Below, piece by piece: positions 1 to 8,665 of a stretch of DNA of 41,459 nt. Origin of the DNA: Eggerthellaceae bacterium (GTDB lineage Bacteria > Bacteroidota > Bacteroidia > Bacteroidales > UBA932); the NCBI GenBank assembly GCA_963604245.1, contig CAVCPY010000274.1, positions 1-41,459 on the forward strand, written 5' to 3'. Both the position numbers and the translations under genes were made by a program. Under the pieces are notes generated by a model. The model did not search any database, was not told the DNA's origin, and saw nothing but the letters and a program-made list of their open reading frames with translations. The stretch's first letter is position 1. Each line of letters opens with the position of its first letter.

Positions 1-26
1 CTAAATCCCTCCCCTCGGGGGAGGGA
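1..26. repeat. REP-like palindromic repeat, truncated at the window start
   Basis: ctaaatccctcccctcgggggaggga is identical to 41364-41389 and 41434-41459. It contains a perfect 9-bp stem tccctcccc-tcg-ggggaggga (6-26) and is followed by a second hairpin ccgtcac-tgcc-gtgacgg (33-50). Confidence 0.85.
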
Positions 27-60
27 CTTGCTCCGTCACTGCCGTGACGGGAAATGAGGT

Positions 61-78
61 GTTTCGCATATGCGAAAC
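61..78. promoter_or_regulatory. Perfect 18-bp palindrome upstream of the AraC gene (candidate operator or hairpin)
   Basis: gtttcgcatatgcgaaac equals its own reverse complement; function is inferred only. Confidence 0.35.
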
Positions 79-106
79 TTAAGTACATAAAAAATCGCTT
101 AATACG

Positions 107-137
107 TTTAAAATTTGTTAAAAAAGTATTATATTTG
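107..137 (+). promoter_or_regulatory. Bacteroidota sigma-A-type promoter for the AraC gene
   Basis: -7 box TATATTTG at 130-137 matches TAnnTTTG; degenerate -33 TTTA at 107-110 with 19-nt spacing. Confidence 0.55.
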
Positions 138-144
138 CTCTGCC

Positions 145-1020
145 ATGTCACAAGTGTTTTCGGAAATATCGGGCCTTTCCCAGCGAGACTGCTTCTACAT
201 CGTGGAAAGGCACAAGAAAGAGTTCACCTATCCGCTCCACAGACACCGGGAGTACGAGCTGAACTTCATCCAGAACGCCCCCGGGGTGCGACGCATCGTC
301 GGGGACAGCGTGGAGACGATCGGGGACTATGACCTTGTCCTGATTGCGGGTGAGAATCTGGAGCATGTCTGGGAGCAGGCCTCGTGCAAGTCTCCGGACA
401 TCAGGGAGATAACGATTCAGTTCTCTCCGGAGCTCTTTGGTGGCGGCATTCTGGAAAGAAACCAGTTCGCCAGCATCAGGAAGATGCTGGACAGGGCAAG
501 CCACGGTCTGGCGTTCTCCATCGGGGCCATCCTTGACGCATATTCCCAGATCAATGCGGTGGTGAATGAGAAAGACAGCTTCGTGCAGTTCATAGGCTGC
601 CTTCACTTGCTTTACATCCTCTCCCGCTGCGAGTCCAGAGAACTGGCCAGCAGCTCTTTCGCCCATTCTCCGAGAGACACGGAAAGCCGCAGGGTGATGA
701 AGGTCAAGGAGTACATCAACCAGCATTACGCCGAGGATGTGACATTGCCCGCGCTTGCGGACCTCGTGGGGATGAGCCCGAGTTCGTTCAGCCGTTTCTT
801 CAGGCTTCGGACAGGCAAGACTCTGTCCTCCTATCTGATTGACATAAGGCTCGGTAATGCTGCAAGGGCACTTGTGGACACCACATCCAACGTTTCCGAG
901 ATCTGCTACTCCTGCGGATTCAACAACCTGTCCAATTTCAACCGTGTCTTCAAGTCGCGCAAGGGCGTGACTCCGCACGAGTTCCGCTCGATGTACAAGA
1001 AGAAGAAGGTCATCGTGTAG
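145..1020 (+). CDS. AraC family transcriptional regulator (N-terminal cupin-like sensor, C-terminal double HTH)
   Basis: N-terminal FTYPLHRHREYELNFI. C-terminal LADLVGMSPSSFSRFF...RLGNAARAL...VSEICYSCGFNNLSNFNRVFK...TPHEFR is the AraC signature. Start moved from TTG 115 to ATG 145 because the promoter box lies at 130-137. Confidence 0.93.
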   Translation: MSQVFSEISGLSQRDCFYIVERHKKEFTYPLHRHREYELNFIQNAPGVRRIVGDSVETIGDYDLVLIAGENLEHVWEQASCKSPDIREITIQFSPELFGGGILERNQFASIRKMLDRASHGLAFSIGAILDAYSQINAVVNEKDSFVQFIGCLHLLYILSRCESRELASSSFAHSPRDTESRRVMKVKEYINQHYAEDVTLPALADLVGMSPSSFSRFFRLRTGKTLSSYLIDIRLGNAARALVDTTSNVSEICYSCGFNNLSNFNRVFKSRKGVTPHEFRSMYKKKKVIV

Positions 1021-1051
1021 CGGAATATTTGCATTATTTATCAAAATTGTA

Positions 1052-1083
1052 TTTGTTTACGTCTCCGTATGTGCGTAATTTTG
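1052..1083 (+). promoter_or_regulatory. Canonical Bacteroidota promoter driving the PUL
   Basis: -33 TTTG (1052-1055), 20-nt spacer, -7 TAATTTTG (1076-1083). Confidence 0.75.
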
Positions 1084-1107
1084 CAACGTTGACAAAATTA
1101 ATGACAC

Positions 1108-2325
1108 TTGGAACGTAATCAATTAATTCTTGCAGCCTTAATCGGCTTGTTTACAATGACTTCGTGTGTCGGACGCTCTGAAGGTTCCGACTTCTTCACC
1201 GTTGAGGACTCCCGCTTCGTCAAGGGAGGAGAGCCCGTGCGCTTCATCGGGACGAATGTCTGGTACGCCGCTGACATCGCCGTCAGCGACCGCGGACGGC
1301 TCGAAACCGAGCTTGACTCGCTCAAGGCCATCGGCCTCACGAACATCAGGGTCTGTGCGACCGAGGAGAATTTCGAGGGAATGGACATCCTGCTTTCCGA
1401 ACTGGAGGAACGTGGGATGGCCGCCGTGCTGTACCTTAACAATGCCTGGGAATGGAGTCCGAGCGGCTATCGGTCCTACCTTGAGGCCGCCGGAGCCGGG
1501 AAACAGCCTCATCCCGCGGTCGATGGCTACTGGCCTTATATGTGTGCGATGGCCGAGTTCGCGGCCAATGAAAAGGCAGTCGTTCTTTTCCGGGAACATA
1601 TACGCAGGTACGTGGAGAGATATTCACGGAATCCGGCTGTCTTCGCCTGGCAGATATGCAACGAGCCGAGACCTTTCAGCACGGATTCCGTCAAGGTGGA
1701 GGCCTTTGTCAATTATATTCAAGGTACGGCCGGGTTCATCAAATCGCTTGACCCCAATCATCTGGTCTGTACCGGTAACGAGGGGGCGATGGGCTGCAAC
1801 GACGGGGACTATGACCTCTGCCGCAGGTTGAACGACTGCCCTTACATCGATTACATCACGGTCCACATCTGGCCTTTCAACTGGGGCTGGATCAAGGAAG
1901 GCGAGGCCACAGCAGATCCGGAACTGGTCAAAAGAAAGACTATTGAGTACCTTGACCGTCATCTTCAGATTGCAGGGGAGCTCGGGAAGCCTGTAGTGGT
2001 CGAGGAATTCGGCTACCCCCGTGACGGGCAGGACTGGAGGAACACCGCCGGGGTGGAAGGAAGGGACGGCTACTATGCGCTCATATTCAATGAGGTCGTG
2101 AAGTCGGCCGCCGAGGATGGCCTTTTGGCCGGCTGCAACTTCTGGAGCTGGAGCGGTGTGGCCCGACAGACACACGAGATCTGGCAGGAAGGCGACGACC
2201 TTTGCGGCGACCCGTCGCAGGAGGCCCAGGGACTCAACGGGGTCTATCTTTTGGACAGAAGCACTGTGGATTTGGTCCGGGAATGGACCGGCGCACTGGC
2301 TGAAGCAATGAAACAACACATATAA
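1108..2325 (+). CDS. GH5 beta-mannanase/mannosidase (GH5_7-like) lipoprotein
   Basis: FIGTNVWY, LYLNNAWEWS, acid/base WQICNEPR, HIWPFNWGW, nucleophile VVEEFG, GCNFWSW, GDPSQEAQGLNGV. Lipobox-like TMTSC. TTG start is uncertain. Confidence 0.85.
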   Translation: MERNQLILAALIGLFTMTSCVGRSEGSDFFTVEDSRFVKGGEPVRFIGTNVWYAADIAVSDRGRLETELDSLKAIGLTNIRVCATEENFEGMDILLSELEERGMAAVLYLNNAWEWSPSGYRSYLEAAGAGKQPHPAVDGYWPYMCAMAEFAANEKAVVLFREHIRRYVERYSRNPAVFAWQICNEPRPFSTDSVKVEAFVNYIQGTAGFIKSLDPNHLVCTGNEGAMGCNDGDYDLCRRLNDCPYIDYITVHIWPFNWGWIKEGEATADPELVKRKTIEYLDRHLQIAGELGKPVVVEEFGYPRDGQDWRNTAGVEGRDGYYALIFNEVVKSAAEDGLLAGCNFWSWSGVARQTHEIWQEGDDLCGDPSQEAQGLNGVYLLDRSTVDLVREWTGALAEAMKQHI

Positions 2326-2350
2326 TAACGTAAATCTAAAATCGGATAGC

Positions 2351-5300
2351 ATGAAAGGTAAGCTATTGACTTGCTTGCTGGTGATCTTCCTCGGAAGTTC
2401 ACTGGCGGCTTTGGCTCAGACGAAGACCGTGACCGGCACCGTTAAGGACAAGTCCGGCCTTGGGGTCATCGGAGCCGGCATCCAGGAGAAAGGTACGCAG
2501 AACGGTACCATCTCGGATCTGGACGGTAACTTTACAATCACGGTCAAGGACAACGCGGTCCTTGTGTTCTCATCAATCGGTTTTGTGTCGCAGGAAATCT
2601 CCGTTTCCGGCAAGACAAGGGTCGATGTGATTCTGGCCGAAGACAACGAACTTCTCGACGAGGTCGTTGTGGTCGGCTACGGTACAATGAAAAAGAGCGA
2701 CCTCTCGGGAGCGTCGGTCTCAATGAAGGAGTCCGACCTCAAGGGTTCGGTCATCACGAACCTGGACCAGTCGCTTCAAGGCCGCGCGGCCGGCGTTTCC
2801 GCCGTGCAGACCTCCGGTGCGCCGGGATCGTCATCTTCCATCCGCGTCCGCGGACAGGCCACCGTCAACGCTAACGCGGAGCCTCTGTACGTCATCGACG
2901 GTGTCATCGTTCAGGGCGGAGGCAACTCGGGCAGCGACTTCGGTCTCGGCGGTCTGGGCAACGGAAAGGTGTCCACGATCTCTCCACTGGCCACGATCAA
3001 CCCTTCCGACATCCTCACTATGGAGATCCTCAAGGATGCCTCGGCAACCGCCATCTACGGTGCGCAAGGCGCCAACGGAGTTGTCCTCATCACTACCAAG
3101 AGAGGAAAGGCCGGCGAGGCGAAATTCACCTATGACGGAATGTTCGCGGTTTCCCGCCAGACAAGCCGCATCGAAATGATGAACCTCCGGGAATATGCCG
3201 AATACTACAACGATATGGCCTCTCTGGGTGAATATGCCGCCAACTCCTGGTACTCCGACCCGTCCATTCTCGGAAAGGGGACCAACTGGCAGGACGAAAT
3301 CTTCCGCACTGCGGTTCAGCATCAGCATCAGATCAGCGCACAGGGCGGCACGGAGAAGGTCCAGTACTACATCTCCGGCTCCTATATGGACCAGGAGGGT
3401 ACGATCATCGGTTCGGACTTCAACCGTTTCTCGGTGCGCACCAACATCGACGCACAGCTTAAGGATTGGTTCAAACTTGGAGTCAACGCCACCTTTGCGA
3501 ACACCAACGACAACCTCAAGCTTGCGGACGGCGGCGAGGGTGTGATCTTCTACTCCCTCTCGTCCCTGCCTGACATCCCTGTCTATGACATCGACGGCAA
3601 CTACTCTACGACTGTCCGTGAGGGCTACACAAGCGCGAATCCTGTCGCCCTGGCAATGCTCGACGAGTATCTGCTCGGCCGCCAGAAGCTCACGGGCAAC
3701 ATCTACGCCGAGCTTACTCCGGTCAAGCACTTCGTGTACAGGGCGGAAGTCGGCTTCGATGTGAGCGCCTCCGACGCCAAGACCTACAAGCCGATGGTGA
3801 ACCTCGGCGGATGGACCCGCAACTCCAACTCAATGAGCTGGCAGAAGAACAACAGCAAGTTCTGGCAGCTGAAGAACTACCTGACCTATTCCAATGAGTT
3901 CGGGAAACACAGCGTCACCGCAATGGTCGGCCAGGAGTGCTGGGAGTCCAACTACAACTACCTCAGCGGCACCAACACCGGTCTGCCTTCAGATGAGATC
4001 CACAACCTCAAGCTCGCCACCGGCAACCCGAGCGTCAACTCCGGTTTCGGCTCTTCGGCTATGGCTTCGTTCTTCACCCGAGAGACCTACAACTACGACA
4101 ACCGCTACCTGTTCACCTACACCTACCGTTATGACGGCTCCTCGAACTTCGGACCGGACAGCCGTTGGGCGGGATTCCACTCCTTCGCGGGCAGCTGGAG
4201 GTTCTCCAACGAGAAGTTCCTTCAGGGCTTCACAGAGGCCATCAGGATGAACAACGGTAAGCTCCGCATCGGCTGGGGACAGACAGGCAACGCCAACATC
4301 GGCTCAGGAGCCTGGGAGTCCGGAATGAGCAAGATGCCTTCCGCCTTGGGTGACAGCCAGCGTCCTTCCAACATTCCTAACACCGGCATCCATTGGGAGA
4401 AGCAGGTTCAGACCAACATCGGTCTCGACCTTGGCTTCCTTGACGGGGCCTTGAATGTCACGATCGACGCCTACGACAAGAAGTCGTCCGATATGCTTAT
4501 GTCCCTGACCCTGCCGGCCTATATGGGTACGCACGGCAACGGCTCCTCCGCTCTCGCCGCCCCTAAGGGAAACTACGGAACCATTGAGAACAAGGGTCTT
4601 GAGATCACTCTTGACACCCATCCGATCAACCATCAGAAGTTCGGTTGGGACAGCAACTTCCAGATTTCCTTCAACACCAACAAGCTCGTGTCCCTCGACG
4701 GCACCGCCAACGCCCAGCTTGTGGGCTACGGCCAGTGGAGCGACATCGTCAGCGTCACCGAGGTTGGCCAGTCCCTCTACAACTTCTACGGCTACAAGGT
4801 CGCCGGAGTCTACACCTCCCTGGAGGACATCCAGAACTCCCCGAAGGCGGAGAAGTACCCTTCTGACGGTGTGTTCAACAAGAACACCACTGTCTGGGTC
4901 GGTGACCTCAAGTTCGAGGACATCAACGGAGACGGCGTGATCAACGAAAAGGATAAGACCAACATCGGCTCGCCGCTTCCTAAATTCACCTTCGGATGGA
5001 CCAACACATTCCGTTACAGGAATCTTGACCTCAGTGTCTTCCTTAACGGCTCCTACGGCAACAAGGTGCTGAACTACAATATGATGGGTCAGGGTTTCAA
5101 CGGTCTGGTCCATATGAACAGCGCTTGGGTCAACCAGCACGTCTCCGTCAACGAGCGCGCGAGAATCGTCCCTATCGACGCCCAGAAGACCTACACGAGC
5201 GGCAACTGGTACGAGGACATCACCAATGTCACGGTTTCCAACCCTGACACCAAGACTCCTCGTCCTACCGTTTCCGACCCTAACGACAACGACCGGCTCA

Positions 5301-5572
5301 GCGACCGCTACATCGAGGACGGAAGCTACATCCGCATCAAGAACATCACCCTCGGCTACACATTCCCGAAGGCGGTGCTCAAGAAAGTGAAGATCGACAA
5401 CGTGCGCGCCTATGTCAACATCCAGAACCTCTACACGTTCACCAAGTACACGGGCTACGATCCGGAGGTCGGCGCAAGCACCCAGGACTCGACCGGTCTT
5501 ACCTTCGGTGTGGACAACGGACGTTATCCTTCACCGATGACCTGTTCCTTCGGACTGAACATCACATTCTAA
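2351..5572 (+). CDS. susC: SusC/RagA family TonB-dependent outer membrane transporter
   Basis: Signal peptide, N-terminal carboxypeptidase-like domain (VTGTVKD...GTISDLDGNF), LDEVVVVGYG, plug PLYVIDG...ILKDASATAIYGAQGANGVVLITTKRG, YRYDGSSNFG, C-terminal GLNITF. Confidence 0.97.
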   Translation: MKGKLLTCLLVIFLGSSLAALAQTKTVTGTVKDKSGLGVIGAGIQEKGTQNGTISDLDGNFTITVKDNAVLVFSSIGFVSQEISVSGKTRVDVILAEDNELLDEVVVVGYGTMKKSDLSGASVSMKESDLKGSVITNLDQSLQGRAAGVSAVQTSGAPGSSSSIRVRGQATVNANAEPLYVIDGVIVQGGGNSGSDFGLGGLGNGKVSTISPLATINPSDILTMEILKDASATAIYGAQGANGVVLITTKRGKAGEAKFTYDGMFAVSRQTSRIEMMNLREYAEYYNDMASLGEYAANSWYSDPSILGKGTNWQDEIFRTAVQHQHQISAQGGTEKVQYYISGSYMDQEGTIIGSDFNRFSVRTNIDAQLKDWFKLGVNATFANTNDNLKLADGGEGVIFYSLSSLPDIPVYDIDGNYSTTVREGYTSANPVALAMLDEYLLGRQKLTGNIYAELTPVKHFVYRAEVGFDVSASDAKTYKPMVNLGGWTRNSNSMSWQKNNSKFWQLKNYLTYSNEFGKHSVTAMVGQECWESNYNYLSGTNTGLPSDEIHNLKLATGNPSVNSGFGSSAMASFFTRETYNYDNRYLFTYTYRYDGSSNFGPDSRWAGFHSFAGSWRFSNEKFLQGFTEAIRMNNGKLRIGWGQTGNANIGSGAWESGMSKMPSALGDSQRPSNIPNTGIHWEKQVQTNIGLDLGFLDGALNVTIDAYDKKSSDMLMSLTLPAYMGTHGNGSSALAAPKGNYGTIENKGLEITLDTHPINHQKFGWDSNFQISFNTNKLVSLDGTANAQLVGYGQWSDIVSVTEVGQSLYNFYGYKVAGVYTSLEDIQNSPKAEKYPSDGVFNKNTTVWVGDLKFEDINGDGVINEKDKTNIGSPLPKFTFGWTNTFRYRNLDLSVFLNGSYGNKVLNYNMMGQGFNGLVHMNSAWVNQHVSVNERARIVPIDAQKTYTSGNWYEDITNVTVSNPDTKTPRPTVSDPNDNDRLSDRYIEDGSYIRIKNITLGYTFPKAVLKKVKIDNVRAYVNIQNLYTFTKYTGYDPEVGASTQDSTGLTFGVDNGRYPSPMTCSFGLNITF

Positions 5573-5584
5573 CACAAGGAGGAA

Positions 5585-7354
5585 ATGACAATGAAAAATA
5601 TCATAAGAACATCCGCGGCTCTGGTCATCGCGCTGATGACGCTATCCTGCACTGATTTCCTGAACCGTCCTTCGGAGGACAGTTACACGACTGAGCAGTA
5701 CTACACCAACGACACACAGTGCGAGCAGGGAGTCAACTATCTGTACAACTCTCCGTGGTACGACATCATCCGCTTCTACATCTACGGTTCCGAGACTATG
5801 TGCGGCAATGTCTATCAGGGACAGAGCGCCTACAACACCCTCACCGTCAACGGGACGGACGGAGATCTCAAGAATATGGCCTACTCCCTCTGGGCTGTCA
5901 ACGCTCACTGCAACACGGTGATAAACAACATCCTCAAGTCCGAGGGCCCTTCCGAGGCGAAGAAGCGCCAGTGCATCGGCGAGGCCCTTTCGTGGAAGGC
6001 GATGGCTTATTTCCTGCTGGTAAGGACTTTCGGGGACGTGCCTATCATCCACGACAACACCGAGTCCATAAAGGCCGGCGACTACAATCAGATCGAAAAG
6101 GTGGAGAAGGCCGATGTGTATGAATATGTCATAATGACTCTCGAGAAGGCGATGGAATTCCTTCCGAAGAATCCTTACATCGGAGTGTACAACCGCATCG
6201 ACTATTATGCCGCCGAGGGACTTCTCGCCAAGGTCTATCTGACCAAGGCGGGCGTGAGCGGAACGCTTGACAGCGAAGATCTCGCCAAGGCACGTGACTA
6301 CGCCAAGGATGTCATCGACAACTCCGGCAGGTCTCTGACACCTTCATATTCAGACGTCTTCCGTCTTTCCCCGAAGGTATTCCAGCAGACGGGCGAATGC
6401 CTGTTCTCCTGGCTTTGGACTTGCGACCAGGGGTACTGGACCTGTCAGAACTCCATCCAGTGTGATGTCGGACTTACCGGTTTTGACGAGTTCGGTGACC
6501 TCTGGGGCGACTGGAAGGGGCCTTCCGTTGATCTTCAGGACGCTTTCGGAGTCTCCGCTGCCGATGATCCGGAGGTCAGGAAATCCAAGGAGAAGGATGA
6601 TCGCCGCGCCGCGACGATGATGATGTTCGGCGACCAGTACAGCTATTACTGGGCAGATTTGGGCGGATTCGATTTCTACCGTTTCTTCTACGATTCGAGC
6701 TATTCTCCGAACAGTACGAACGGCAGCTGGGCCTGCGCGTCCGGTGCCAACTACTGCAAGCATCTGTACGGCAACGACACCGACCACGTGACCGCTCTCG
6801 GAGTGCACGCCTCGAGTATGCGCAACCAGCTTCCTACACACATCCTAAGGCTCAGCGACATCTACCTTGTCTATGCCGAGGCCTGCGTGCTGACCGGAGA
6901 CGCATCCTCCGCCCTTACCTATGTCAACAAGGTGCGCGAGCGCGCCGGAGCCGACCTTCTGACCTCCGTCACCTTCGACGATGTCTGGAAGGAGCGCCGC
7001 CTCGAACTCGCCCTTGAGGGTGACCGCTGGTATGACTTCGTGCGCCGTTCCTACTACGATGTGAACGGCTGCATTGCCGAGCTGAAGGCGCAGAGACGTT
7101 CCTCCTACGACGGTCTTGCCAACGCCTATTCCAACTACGTTCTTGATTCGACAGGAGAGTATGTCGGTCCGGGAGCGAATTCTTGGGACAACTCCGGAAT
7201 CAAGTACAAGGGAGACGAGGAACTCGTCGACGTGAAGGCCTCTATGTTCACCCTGCCGTTCCCGAGCGAGGATGTCGTGCTGAACCCTAACGTCGGCTCC
7301 GATGTTCCGGGAGTGCACGTCGATGTACGCGAGACCTACAAGTATAACTTTTAA
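5585..7354 (+). CDS. susD: SusD/RagB family glycan-binding lipoprotein
   Basis: Directly after susC. Lipobox TLSC, LVRTFGDVPI, LLAKVYLT, LRLSDIYLVYAEA, ERRLELALEGDRWYDFVR. Alternative start at 5591. Confidence 0.96.
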   Translation: MTMKNIIRTSAALVIALMTLSCTDFLNRPSEDSYTTEQYYTNDTQCEQGVNYLYNSPWYDIIRFYIYGSETMCGNVYQGQSAYNTLTVNGTDGDLKNMAYSLWAVNAHCNTVINNILKSEGPSEAKKRQCIGEALSWKAMAYFLLVRTFGDVPIIHDNTESIKAGDYNQIEKVEKADVYEYVIMTLEKAMEFLPKNPYIGVYNRIDYYAAEGLLAKVYLTKAGVSGTLDSEDLAKARDYAKDVIDNSGRSLTPSYSDVFRLSPKVFQQTGECLFSWLWTCDQGYWTCQNSIQCDVGLTGFDEFGDLWGDWKGPSVDLQDAFGVSAADDPEVRKSKEKDDRRAATMMMFGDQYSYYWADLGGFDFYRFFYDSSYSPNSTNGSWACASGANYCKHLYGNDTDHVTALGVHASSMRNQLPTHILRLSDIYLVYAEACVLTGDASSALTYVNKVRERAGADLLTSVTFDDVWKERRLELALEGDRWYDFVRRSYYDVNGCIAELKAQRRSSYDGLANAYSNYVLDSTGEYVGPGANSWDNSGIKYKGDEELVDVKASMFTLPFPSEDVVLNPNVGSDVPGVHVDVRETYKYNF

Positions 7355-7366
7355 CCACAGGAAGCA

Positions 7367-8653
7367 ATGAAACCTATCATAATATTTTTTGTGTCGTCTC
7401 TGACCGCCGTCCTCTTCCTCGCGGGCCTCTCTTCCTGCGACAGGGTGGACTATCCTGACCGTTTCCGTCAGGCCGACGGCAAACCGACGATCGACTTCGT
7501 CAGGGAGGCCGACAACGACATCGCGATCACCCAGGCCAGCCTTGAGCAGATCGTCTGCATCGTGGGCGAGAACCTCAAGAGTGTCCACGACATCTACTTC
7601 AACGACCAGAAGGCGATTCTGAACACCAGCTTCATTACCGAGAACACGATTCTCGTGGCTGTCCCGAAGAATCTTCCGAACGTCACCAGCGACAAGATGT
7701 ACCTCATCACGAAGGACAGCATCGTGGTCGATTACGGCTTCAAGGTCCTTCTTCCTTCTCCGAAGATTTCCGGAATGTCCTTCGAGTGGGCCGAGCCGGG
7801 ACAGACTGTCACCGTCACCGGCAACTACTTCGCCGAGCCTCTGACCGTTGAGTTCCCGGGAGCCGAGGCGACCGAGATTTCCAACGTGACAATCGGGTCG
7901 TTCGACGTGGTCGTTCCGGAGGGGGCGCAGCCTGGGAAGATCAAGGTCACGACGGCTTCCGGAACGGCCCAGTCAGTCTTCCAGTACAAGGACAGCCGCG
8001 GAATGCTCTTCAACTTCGACAACGCCCGACTGAACCACGGCTGGCACAACCAGACGATCCAGTCCGACGAGAACTCGCTTGACGGCAACTATCTCCAGCT
8101 TTACGACGCCGCCACCGTCTTCAAGTGCGATGGCACCGACTGGAACGACACCGGTTACCACTTCGAGTACTGGCCTGGCAACTGGAACAGTCCGGAGACC
8201 TATGAGGATCCCGACGGGATAGACCTTACGAAGGTCGTGGACTTCACCAATTTCTCCAGTATGGCCATCAAGTTCGAGATGCGCATCCCTGCCGACCACC
8301 CTTGGACCGGCTGCCCGATGCAGATCTACTTCTCCAGCCTTTCGATGTGCACGCTCGGCTCTGCCAACAACTCTTATTTCCACGATGAGTCCATCTCACT
8401 TCCTCGTGTGATGTACCGGCCTTGGCAGGCTACCGGCTCTTTCGACACGGGAGGCAAGTGGATCACTGTCTCATTCCCTATCGACACTGAGTTCGTCTGG
8501 GATTGGGGAGGAACGAAAGCCTCGGGAACCCTCTCGGCCGACTCTTTCGCCGGAATGGAAATTTTCTTCGCGGCGGGAAGCTCAAGCGGCGAAGGCACAC
8601 CTTGTACCCCGTTGATCCAGATCGACAACATCCGTGCGGTCCCTTACAAATAA
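7367..8653 (+). CDS. Surface glycan-binding lipoprotein (SGBP-B-like; IPT/TIG domains plus C-terminal binding domain)
   Basis: Lipobox LSSC, IPT-like motifs CIVGENL and GQTVTVTGNYF, Trp-rich C-terminal domain ending IDNIRAVP. Located right after susD. Confidence 0.8.
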   Translation: MKPIIIFFVSSLTAVLFLAGLSSCDRVDYPDRFRQADGKPTIDFVREADNDIAITQASLEQIVCIVGENLKSVHDIYFNDQKAILNTSFITENTILVAVPKNLPNVTSDKMYLITKDSIVVDYGFKVLLPSPKISGMSFEWAEPGQTVTVTGNYFAEPLTVEFPGAEATEISNVTIGSFDVVVPEGAQPGKIKVTTASGTAQSVFQYKDSRGMLFNFDNARLNHGWHNQTIQSDENSLDGNYLQLYDAATVFKCDGTDWNDTGYHFEYWPGNWNSPETYEDPDGIDLTKVVDFTNFSSMAIKFEMRIPADHPWTGCPMQIYFSSLSMCTLGSANNSYFHDESISLPRVMYRPWQATGSFDTGGKWITVSFPIDTEFVWDWGGTKASGTLSADSFAGMEIFFAAGSSSGEGTPCTPLIQIDNIRAVPYK

Positions 8654-8665
8654 TGAAAGGAGAAT

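Noticed and set aside
1025..1055. AraC operator direct repeat (ttgcatt / ttgtatt)
   Set aside because: Short, AT-rich and 18 nt apart. The position is plausible, but it cannot be supported without comparative data.
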